A stretch of DNA of 64,000 nt. Origin: Tubiluchus corallicola (lineage: Eukaryota; Animalia; Priapulida). The position numbers and the translations under genes are program-made. Position 1 is the first letter of the stretch. Every line of letters starts with the position of its first letter. The stretch lies in assembly GCA_030141605.1 (NCBI GenBank), contig JAQGDQ010000159.1:186001-250000 (forward strand), in the 5' to 3' direction. Below the pieces are notes generated by a model, which did not search any database, was not told where the DNA came from, and was given only the letters and a program-made list of their open reading frames with translations. This document shows, in pieces, positions 39,501 to 49,200 of the stretch.

Positions 39501-42500
39501 ACGCTAACGGGTGTTTGTTAAGTAATATAAGGTGTTGTCCTTCTAAATGTTTTACTTTGTGCTTGTAATGCTGCTAGGCTTTACTTACTTATGTGAGTCT
39601 TGCAAACTCACACATTCGTAAGATCGACAACAGTTTGGAATCTGGTCTGGAGTCAGTAATTGCCCGTTTCTCCCAATGAGCGCTTCTATTGGAACACAAC
39701 ACAGGTCCTGACAGTTTGCCAATGCAAACAGGACGGAGGCTATGGCTAGGAAAAAATACTTCATTTTGTAGATTCTGTAAATATAAGACGTTTTGTTTCA
39801 AATTAGAATGACAAATTTTCAACCTGTTATAGTACTTTGAGTTATGGCATATATATATGTAAATCTGCACTAAAGTATGCATCTATATCTGCCAAGAGGT
39901 CAAGAAAGGCACTGCTATACAAAGCTACATTTTTATGTGACATACTAGGCTTAGTATGTCAGGTGAATTCATTATGTACTTGTATGATGTGCAGATGCTT
40001 ATGCAGAAAACTGACAACACTCACAAATTTCAGATTTGAAATTGAAATCTTTGCAACAAAATTATTGTTATGTAAACTAGGTACAGAAATATTCTGTGTA
40101 ATATAATTACTATTTAACAAATTCAAATGTACCACCATTTTATTATGGATATTACGAGCTTACCTGTTATATCTTGCCCAAACTTCTATATCGTATCTAA
40201 CTTTTCCTCTTGCTTCAATCAGTGAATCTGAATATTAATTACATGTGGCGCTTAAGGTTGCATTTATACCATAGAGACCGGAAGCGTCATAAATTTGGAT
40301 GCACGATTGCAACTGAGACAACACTTTAAATCCGGGAGTATTTTGTAAACATTTTTCGGGTCGTCGTGCACATTTTGTTCTCGTTGTTTGTTAGCTAAAG
40401 CCAATGAAGTATTCAGATTGTTTAAACAAATTCAACATTAAGTTTTTATTTTTTAGTAACACATTTTGAAACAGTTGAACTGAAAGGAATGAAAATTTCA
40501 CTCATTTGAACTTGCTTTTGATTTGGACTATGGAAACTACGATAAGCTGCAAGTTACAAATGACTGTAAATTATGCGAAATTGTTGTTTTTACGTGTAAT
40601 TAAACTACCTCTCCTTGTCTATCTCGAGAGGAGCGCCTAAAAGTCGGGAGAATCCTTCCCACTTCGCCCGTCCACACATTTTTAGCAGTTTTGCTATGCA
40701 CAAAAATCCTTGTACAGAAATTAATAGGTGATGTGTTAGAACTGTAATTATATAAAATCGTCAACTTATATGAAACTTGCGTCACGACTTGTGACAGTTT
40801 ATATGTTGTCATTATGGTTGAATGTTCTGTAGTATAGTATGCACCGTTAGCCTGCGTTTACGTAAGGTGTAAGCCTTTGTTGTAAAAACTAGGTTTAATT
40901 TCCATTGACTATCTCATTTGCCGTTTCGTACAATCTGAATAATTATAGTACCCAATTTTTTTATATTTTTTAAATTTCCCAAATGTTTTCAGTATTACAC
41001 TTAACCCTTAGACGTAAAACCAATTGCACCTATTTGTAAGTTATTTGGTGTTGTTTGTACGAGTCTTGAACAGTCACGTTTTGTTTTGGCGGAATTAAGG
41101 CCAATTCGAGGAATAATAAAATGCGCTTTTAAGTTCGTGTTTGTATGTCGAAGAAGTCACGCGCACACATAGTATTTGTTTTGTTCTCGCAGGACTGCTC
41201 CATATTTCCGGTGTTTTTTCACGATTAACAAACACGCGAATGTAATTTTGGTATACGGTCGTAGAATATGTTTTGTTTGGTCATTTTAGGCATTTTACAA
41301 CAAAAATGAAATTTAAATATCGATAGTAACTGTTAAGGCGAGGTCAGTATTATAATATCCAATCTCGAATCTCTGGTAGATATTGGCTGTCACTATAAAA
41401 CTTAGTGTAGATGGAGCTTCAGATTTTGTAGATGGAGCTTCAGCTAGCTCCTTTGGGAGATTGTTCCTTTCATTAACATCTATTTTAATGGTATTAGTTG
41501 GTTTCTTTGAATAGTTTCATGTAGGCTTATTGGCCGCTTAGATTTCTAAAGATTCCTAGCCTTCCACCAGGCAGTAGAAGATCGATGCCGGGTAGAAAGC
41601 GGTACGTGTCTAATGGATCTGTTCTCTTCCTGAACTGGGTATTGAGTAAAAGTACTCTTTCTGAATATTCTGTGTCGTTTAGCCCTGAGACTAATAGCTA
41701 AGCGTAAGAAGGAGGCAGTGTGTTTTGAAGACGCACCATTAAACACACAAAAGAGAGAAAGGAAGGCAAATTAATGAACATAAATCATGCTTACTGCCTT
41801 TCCTACTTTCTTATAAGAGATTTGGTGACAAATTTCGAAACTGGATATCAAAATGTGAAATTTTGGTAGTGAACAGCGCATGCGACCTTGTTTCAATGCA
41901 ATTAACACATTTCTGCTGCCCTCTGCTGAGTTTTTCCTATTATAGCGGCCTTTCATAATAGTAGACACCGTTTACAATTACACTCTGGGTCGATCACTCA
42001 AGTCCAAATTGTAAATTGTATAAAATTAGCACAACTAAATAATTCAGCCTTTTCCTGTGGACTGTTAAGCATTTATATATTGCTTTCGAGTTTTTAAGCT
42101 GCATAGGTTCTTCCATTCATTCTTTTTTCAAGCAGTTTTTGTTATCAATGTAATGTATGCCAGTATATTACAGCTGCTACACGAGTGACCTTAAATTTTG
42201 TATAGATTGTATTGGAACACACGTCCACGCAAACTTACGAAAAGCAGTAAGAGAAGAACAAAGATTTTTCTTTCAAGTAATGTTTTTCTTCCACTTGATG
42301 TCAAGATAGGCAATGTACAGCTGAATAATACGCAGCAATTCATTAAAACTATTTGGGCTCATCCAATAATAGCCAAAAAATTTATTCGGTTACTCAGATG
42401 AGCCCGTAAGTCGTAGAGCTTATAAAATTTTGGGTAAACCCAACAATTCGGGTGTCTGTTTCGTTTTTTATAATTTCTAATACTTATTACTTATTACTCA

Positions 42501-44273
42501 ATATTTATAATGTCAGTTGTGCAATTTAAAATTACGTATCTGCGCGTCCGACATTTGTACAGCGGCAGAATTGCTGCAATTTCCAGTTGCACAACTTTTA
42601 ATTGCGCAACTGTAAATTGCATTTCTGCGCGGGGCTTTAGAATCGATGTTTTACAAGAAGTCTTTGTAATTTTCTTACTACTCGCTTCCACTCACCTTTT
42701 TGCTCTCTTTTCGAGCTGGCAACTGCGGTTTTGGATTCAGTATACCTAAGATCATGATTACGGTACGTTTTCTGTTTAGAAGGTGTTTGTGATAAGATTT
42801 CATTAGCAGGCTAAAAAATTCACAAGTGAGGTAACCCTTCCGCGTGGGATCATTATCTTGCATATAAAACCGAAATGTCTTTTTGGTCGTGTGACGCTTA
42901 ACACATGTGGAATAGACGTCTAGATAATATGGATGACCTTAGGTCATATTAAATGTCACTCAAGTGTTGGCATCTCTATTTGAATAAATAAGAATCATAG
43001 TGGCACGGTGTATCAGTGAGTTTGTAGCTCTACTTAATTTTTTAACTGGTGGACTAAATCCTCGCGGATTCATCACCCATTCTACACCACCCCACATTAT
43101 GCCACACGCCATCACAATACCACACGCACCACACCACATGACAGGCAAAACAATTAGGATAACATCAACTACAACAACAGTAGCAGTAACATAGCTAAAC
43201 TCTGCAAAAACGTTTTGCTCATAGTAAATAAATATCAGGAGATTGCACTCTATGGAAAAGGCCTAGATCATGAGGTCAGGGCAGAGGTCAACAAAAGATT
43301 ACCAGAAATAACATGGGCATTTTTGATGATGAAAGTTGTTGCAAAATTTTCCATATTATTTTCAAGGAAGCCTTGTGGTCTTTTGTTTATTTAATAATGT
43401 CGCCTCAAAGGTCTATAATATGTTCATTTGAAAAGACGTTCAGAATTTTTATTTCAGTGAGAGTGCAAAAAGATGGGGTGGAGTTTATTCATATGCAATC
43501 CAAATACTGCCCGCCTATAAAATAATTGAGGGTAATATTTGTAACATAACTATTAAACTATGTACCTACTTTCAGTTTATAGTTTTTCATTTCAACAGTA
43601 CAAGTATTTCAAAACGCCAAGCATTTAAAAAAAAATAAAACTAAAACAGTTAAAAACCTATTTATTTTTAAACCTGAAATGCAAAATGAAACATATAAGT
43701 ACTTTATCAAATTTTAACAAACGTTGTAAAGTTTGAATAAGCTAAATTGCATGAAGTTTAGCTGTTTCTCAAATTTAATCAAGTTTGCTTTTTTTAGATG
43801 GAGAACTTTTTTACTTAAATTTGAAGACTCGAGGGCTGCCATTGGGTTTCCAGTTTGGTACTGATCCTCGCAAGCCAATCATGGTGATTAATAAGGAGAT
43901 GCATGAAGCGGTGTATAATCAAGTCCCAAGAAGTCTTAATAGGATTGAGGTAGTTTAAACATATAAAACATATATCACCTTCTCTCCAACGTTGTAATCT
44001 GCACTAGTCCAAAAGTTGTATAATTTTATGTTTCCAGGAGTGAAAAGGTTGAAGCTATGATATTAGTGCCAGTTTTACAGAACTTTCTTTTGTTTCCTCC
44101 TGCCCTCCTCTCTCACTCTCTTCTTTTTCCTTTTCCTTTCTCTTTTTTGTCATGTATTCTTTCTAAATCTCTCTCTCACATTTTCTCCTTGCTCTCCTTG
44201 TACCCTCTCTCTCTCTGTCTCCATTGCTTATATATTTCATTTTATAAATAGAAGATTTTGAATGAATGAAACT

Positions 44274-44327
<54 letters not shown>

Positions 44328-44804
44328 TCTTTTTGTTATTCTCTTTACCATATTTCCTTTTTCTAGTCGCTATTCTTTTCCTAAAACTTCTTTGTTTTAT
44401 ATTTGTGTACTGTCTTGTCTTCATAATTTGACTTGCTTTTATGATGTACACCAGCAAATTTTCAGTCAGTGTATTTTTAAACATTGGACTTTTTTATGTG
44501 ACTGCTGTTTATGAAGGTATGGGGATGCGGCACAAAGGAAGACAAAGAACAACAGGCTAAACAGAGGGAGTGGGAGTCTCAGCAAGCTGAACGAGAAAGA
44601 AAGGCATGTTTACTATTTTTAATAGCATCATTGTTGAAAATGTTTTATAATTAAAAATACTTTAATCTGGCTTACGCCTACAATCTTATTCCTATTTTCA
44701 TTTACTAGGTGAAATTACCTGGAAAATGGGAAGACAATCCAGATAAAGCCTTACTAGAGATGGCAGGGATTAAAACAGACCATGCTGAACGTGGTGATGT
44801 ATAG
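15564..44804 (+). CDS. TLDc-domain protein, RTC5/MEAK7-like, predicted N-myristoylated (~434 aa)
   Basis: Exons 15564..15674 (MGNQRS...), 18398..18466, 19000..19198, 21869..21969, 22253..22375 (WVHSNTPRLLLGLH), 22493..22615, 23167..23237 (WYLIYDSNDQGLSLNR), 23467..23565 (FEHHCFHYKGPTVML), 43458..43531 (WGG), 43798..43949 (FYLNLKTRGLPLG), 44517..44603 (VWGCG), 44709..44804 (DKALLEMAG...*). Total 1305 nt, in frame throughout; TLDc motifs and an RTC5-like ALLEMAG tail. Confidence 0.88.
15828..16567. mobile_element. MITE-like element with 34 bp perfect terminal inverted repeats
   Basis: CGGCGCTATTACACTTTCGCACCGCCTAGCTTTT at 15828..15861 and its exact reverse complement at 16534..16567; near-direct flanks GACTGGC / AACTGGC; no coding capacity. 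Confidence 0.75.
17480..17850 (+). mobile_element. Degraded, 5'-truncated CR1-clade LINE remnant (ORF2 C-terminus)
   Basis: Frame-broken translations RRKHGDMLTIFRIF, YRGDGHKI and HVKNAKSPDHFKRQLDQWW match the recalled CR1 ORF2 tail pattern (RRxRGDxIxxFKI...RGHxxKL...VxAxSxxxFKxxLDxxW). Confidence 0.7.
19828..19872. repeat. Short degenerate interstitial telomere-like (TAACCC)n tract
   Basis: TAACCCTAACCCTAACCCCAACCCCACCCTAACTCTAATCCTAAT. Confidence 0.7.
20270..21686. mobile_element. Non-autonomous Kolobok-like DNA transposon
   Basis: TTAA flanks both ends (20266..20269 and 21687..21690); imperfect TIRs AGGTCCTATGACACT / AGATCCACTGACACT (12 of 15 match) with RR...YY termini. Confidence 0.55.
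24388..27283 (-). CDS. Nested secreted Spaetzle-like cystine-knot protein, paralog A (189 aa)
   Basis: Coding exons 27105..27283 (signal peptide MKYLLVTTISVVFALGNG), 25668..25907 and 24388..24538 (SPKIKCTHSKHCRGYCTQQDGERLLYGLDLTTFTTGYFGFRYPSYCHCWI*), both introns phase 2. Non-coding exon with donor at 28193; TATAAATA at 28262..28269. Confidence 0.85.
25070..25136. repeat. (GA)n/(GGGA)n microsatellite
   Basis: GA dinucleotide tract in the last intron of paralog A; a shorter counterpart lies at ~31345..31360 in paralog B. Confidence 0.9.
28262..28269 (-). promoter_or_regulatory. TATA box of nested paralog A
   Basis: GGGTATAAATAA about 30 nt upstream of the short 5' UTR exon; same context as in paralog B. 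Confidence 0.75.
30548..35785 (-). CDS. Nested secreted Spaetzle-like cystine-knot protein, paralog B (188 aa)
   Basis: Coding exons 35619..35785 (MKCLLVATVSALFVLGNG...), 32000..32248 and 30548..30698 (SPGATCIRPKSCQGSCTQKYGESFLYGLDLSTFKTGYYGFRYPSFCPCLI*). Same intron phases and same 151 nt last exon as A and C. 5' UTR exon donor at 36192. Confidence 0.85.
32568..33876. mobile_element. Non-autonomous Tc1/mariner-pogo-type DNA transposon in an intron of paralog B
   Basis: TA on both sides; left end GGGGAGAGTGGGGCGAGATGGGCTAC, right end GTAGTCCATCTCAGTCAGGTCTCTCC (degenerate inverse); internal TAGCCCATCT repeats at ~32752..32812. Confidence 0.65.
36244..36251 (-). promoter_or_regulatory. TATA box of nested paralog B
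   Basis: GGGTATAAATAA upstream of the 5' UTR exon ending at 36192; the exon and upstream blocks align with paralog A. Confidence 0.75.
38071..39764 (-). CDS. Nested secreted Spaetzle-like cystine-knot protein, paralog C (186 aa)
   Basis: Coding exons 39589..39764 (MKYFFLAIASVLFALANCQDLCCVP...), 38600..38833 and 38071..38221 (SPGTKCIHTKHCGGYCRQQYAERLLYGLDLTTFTTGYYGFKYPSYCPCWI*). 5' UTR exon donor at 40164. None of these coding frames appears in the ORF track. Confidence 0.85.
40261..40270 (-). promoter_or_regulatory. TATA box of nested paralog C
   Basis: GGTATAAATG upstream of a short non-coding exon ending in CAG|GTAAGC at 40164. Confidence 0.65.
44276..44322. repeat. (CT)n microsatellite
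   Basis: Perfect CT tract; source of the spurious ER/SL-repeat ORFs at 44163..44514. Confidence 0.95.
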
Positions 44805-46253
44805 TCCCGTTTTAGTGCACAAATACAGTAAAATTAAAGATATTGTTATTTACACTCAGTGCATGAAGCTCCTGCGTTCCATTACTGTTATAATTACCAT
44901 TGAAGGCACGAGGTAAAGCCTGTAGCTTTTGCGTCTCCAATGTGTCTATTTGTACTACAGTAGTAGTTTACCTTGCAGGCTTTTAACAGTTTGTTGTTGT
45001 AAACATATTGAGCTTTGTCTGTGATCTATTTTTTTCTGGTTTTTAGGCGAAATCTCAAAGTCACTTTGCTTAGGTAAAATTTGTTGCTGAGATCAAATAA
45101 TTAGGTTTTATGCTAAATAGTGCTTAGACATTGCAACAAGGAGTACATGCAGAGAAAGGCACTCAGTAACCCGTGAGATAGGAACTGGCTTGATCATGGA
45201 GCTGTGCTTCATAAATAATGCTGTAACGAATTACTCCTGAAATGATTCCATCTTAGAAATGTGTTGTTACACTGCTGTTGTTTATATCTCCATTCTCTTT
45301 TGGCAAGTTGCTTAAAATTCTACTTAATAAATATGTCTTTGCAGTGAAAAGGTAGAATTTATATTTATTCAACATAGTTAATTCACATATATTCAACATA
45401 GTTAAGTTATTAGCTCAGTTCATGGTTTGTTGTAAAATATTGTAAATAAAATGCTAATACAACATGTAAAACTTGTCATTGATGAAAATTTGGGTAGGAC
45501 TCAATAAAAGCCAAATCCTGAGGCACCTCTTGCATAATTGAGTGCAAATGTTTCTGTTTTTAGTTCTGATAAACTTGAAATAATTAAACAACCATATACT
45601 TATTATACTTACTTAGAGGAAAACAATGTTTAATAACATCAAAATGAAACTAACGCTGACAGCAGTTTATACAATACTGTGTAGTGATTAAGAGCAAAAC
45701 TATAAAGTACACATTCAAGCAGTTGTTGAGCACAGACAAATGCATTGATAGCTCACTAATAATAACTTGGCCCAATGTTGAAAATAATATTGGTAACTGG
45801 TAACTTTACACTACATTGCCTTTAAGGGCCATTACGTCTGTGCTTCAAGATGCAAACTGCTGCATTATCTGGAACGGAAGGCACATTGGATAATAATCGC
45901 TACCAAGTTGTATCTTCTGTATCTTTAACTGTATCTTTAGAAAGTATATAATTCTTCAGTTCCTGTGTTACTTTCAAAAGTCTACATGCTTGCACAGCAT
46001 AATGATTGTATGTACAAAAACAAAATTTAAAACTTATCTCTTACGTAATTACAATCATTGAATGTAAACATCCTATCTACATAGCCTGACTCCAAGGTGG
46101 AAGGGTATATGCAGTTATCATTGAGTAAATCCAGTCTGATGTTCCCACTCTGATAAGCAAGACCTTAGTTCTTTCATACTGCTTTTGTCCAGTGCACGTT
46201 AAATATTTGCCTAGTCGTATGATGATTTTGGCCCTATGTTGCGAAACACATGT

Positions 46254-49200
46254 CTAATGACAATCCTTACAGTCTGCCTCACATTCACAGCTGAAATTTG
46301 TACCTGTCTCCGCTCTGCAGTCTGGACAGCTCTGACAGTTGTGGCTGTTGCTTGTTACCACAACTGGACTTTTCCTACCACTCTGACGTTCTTTTGCACT
46401 CCTAACTGGATTGGCTTGTGCTTGACTAAACCTCTGCCTTGACTGACGGATAATTTCTTTCCTTGCCAATTCTGGAATCTTCTGCTTTATTTTTTTGTTT
46501 ACCTTATTCAGTCGACTGAGTTTAATATAGAGGCAAACAGCGATTGTAACTGAGAGCAGAAGTATCGCCATAACTGACACTAACACTGCAATAAAGGCAT
46601 CCTTTGGTACACAGTTCTGTATCGGCACTTCTTCCAAACTTCTTGGGTTGTTCTCTATTCCTATAAAAATATTTTGTTTAATTAGTTTTTACACTCTTTA
46701 GAAAAGACTATTATTTTGTATAGAAATTAAAGTACTGCTTACCTTTATCTTCACGTGCTCCGGGAATTTTTACTTTGAATTTTTGAAATATTTTTTGATC
46801 CTCAATCACTTCTTCTGCATTATCAGGTTTTGTCTCAGTATCGTTGACTGCTTCTCTTTTGCCTCTGCCCAAAACTTGGCCCTTGACAGTCTCCTTACCA
46901 GCAAACGTTGCAAAGAACTCTGAGCCTGGTGAGGGCTGAGGTGGAGCATATCCTGGATAGGGTCGATCTTCACTGCAGAAAGGCTGCACGAAATATATCA
47001 TAAAATTGTTTAGTTTCAGAACTTGAAGAAAACGTAACATAATTAATGAATCAAAATATATAAAGCGTTTTTGGCTTCAATGAATTAGCTTATTAATATC
47101 CTTGTTTAATAATTATAAGGGTTTTAAAAAGTGTCAAAATCACATAACACAGCGCAGCAATTTATTTTGATTGTTTTGTGTAACGTCATATAATATAAAT
47201 GTATTTATTGCTGTACTGTTCTCAAGTAGTTTGATATTCACTTTCTGTAGTTTTGTTTGCCATATTGATTCTGGATGTTTACCTCGTAGAGGGAGCATAC
47301 GAAGTGTCGATCATAGCTAAGATATCTCTGCCAGCTTTGTGGCTGATCTTAGTCAATGAGATGAGGTATAGTGTTGATAATGAGTGAGGTTCTGGTTTTA
47401 TCACAGCCACCCAAATTAATTTAGTAAGTTCTACCATTTATGGCTAAATTGCTAAATTGTATAAAAAGGTGCTGTTTCAGAAGCACATAATTTATAAGAA
47501 ATTAGTAATGCTATCAAGACAAATCTTCTGAATAGGGAAGGTGGTCAAAGAGGGTGAAACTAGTGTTGAATTTGGACAGAGGCGCTCCCAGACTCCTGTA
47601 GACAGAAGTACAACACAACAGTTCGAACAGCTTTCATGTTAAAATCAATTGCAATACTTGCCAGTTCTTCACGTATTATGAAAGATAATGAAGATGAATA
47701 AAATGAGTTTTAACTAACCATATCACAATGAACCAGCTAGAAAGTATTAAAATTTAAATGACTTGAAGCATACCCTGCGACATCGATCATAGCAGACCAT
47801 GCATTGACATTGTAAATATACATCTTCTGCATCGGGAAACTTGAAAACCTAGAATAGAAGTTGTAAAAATTTAATGCTAAGATTCTTAGTTTTGTTTTCA
47901 ATATACTGCCAGATATCACCAACATTTGATTCTATATTAAGGGCGTAGTTTTTTATTGTACTTTACCTTGAAATGACTGTACATGTGGGTTTCACCAGGA
48001 TTGGTGGTGTGGTCGTAGACAGGCGGTTTTATAAATTTTGTGCTTGTTGGACAACCAGATTCATCCAGTAACTCTAACTTCGACTGTCCAACACCATCGT
48101 GACCATAACATCTTGAGACAAATATGTCAAATACTTCTGCAAAAATATTTTCTTCGACTTAATGAAAGTACCATATTTTAGTGAATGTGCAAATTTTAAT
48201 AAACACTATGCAGTATTGAACAATAAGGATTTACTAATTAACTTTATTAATTGAATTATTGATTGAAGTTCCATAGAATTATCTCATAATCTAGCTTACT
48301 ACATTTATGTAGTATTAATCTATCATCTACTTGTTTAATTTATCTAAAGTAGGTACTCGTCTACCTTTTGTAACTAAATGTATAAAATCTACCTTGTAAT
48401 CTGGAATAACATGGGACTCTGGAAGACAAATATTCTTCTTCTTCCAGTTGTACTAGCATAATTCTGTCAAATGAAGAACAAACCTTGTTGATTTCGAATA
48501 CTGACGTCCATAGTGGCTGTATCTCCTAATTCTAGAATGCGTGCGTCATTAGCAAATGGATCTGTTCCTGGAACTATTCTCAAGAAACAGTTTGGTACTT
48601 CAATTAGGCCGGGACGTACAAATACACTGCTTTCTTTTTCCAAACTGAAAAGAGACATTACCAGCTGCAAAGATAGATTGTAGTGAAAATAAGCAATGAT
48701 AGTAAAGAGAAGGAAGCTATGTTTTACATCTAGTCTCTGTCTGCTCTACATATTTTTCATATTATTGGACTTTCATGATAATTCGTAAGAAACACACAAG
48801 AATGCCTGTGTAGTCTTACGAACAAGCTCTTTGTTAAAGAAGCTTACAATGAATCAAATGACTAGTGATCCTTTTAAGTGTTGTTTGTCTCTGTAATCAC
48901 AGTCTTTCATAACGGATGTTTTCAGCATTTCTGATATTCAATATTGGTATGTTTACTTACGGAACTTGGACCCCCGAGTCAACAGTTCTGGCATGGGAAC
49001 CTGTCCACATACATGAAACTGTGTAAGCTCTGTCGTGCGTCTCCATAACGCCAAAAGCTGCATCATTCATCACTACAATCGTGTTGTTGTAAAAAACTTC
49101 ATCTTGGAAATTGTTTCCCTGCAGTAAACACAGTTTTTAGCCCAGATTTTAGCCAAACCCTTTTTTCAATTGCTTATATATGTGTGTGTGTGCTTCCGGT

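Noticed and set aside
40645-40660. NF-kB-like site GGGAGAATCC upstream of paralog C
   Set aside because: Imperfect match with no positional counterpart found in A or B; not enough to claim immune regulation.
41546-41746. GC-richer patch that might be a fourth nested gene or a gag remnant
   Set aside because: No recognisable motif, Cys pattern or convincing splice structure.
44057-44514. ER/SL-repeat ORFs
   Set aside because: Products of the (CT)n tract inside a TLDc intron.
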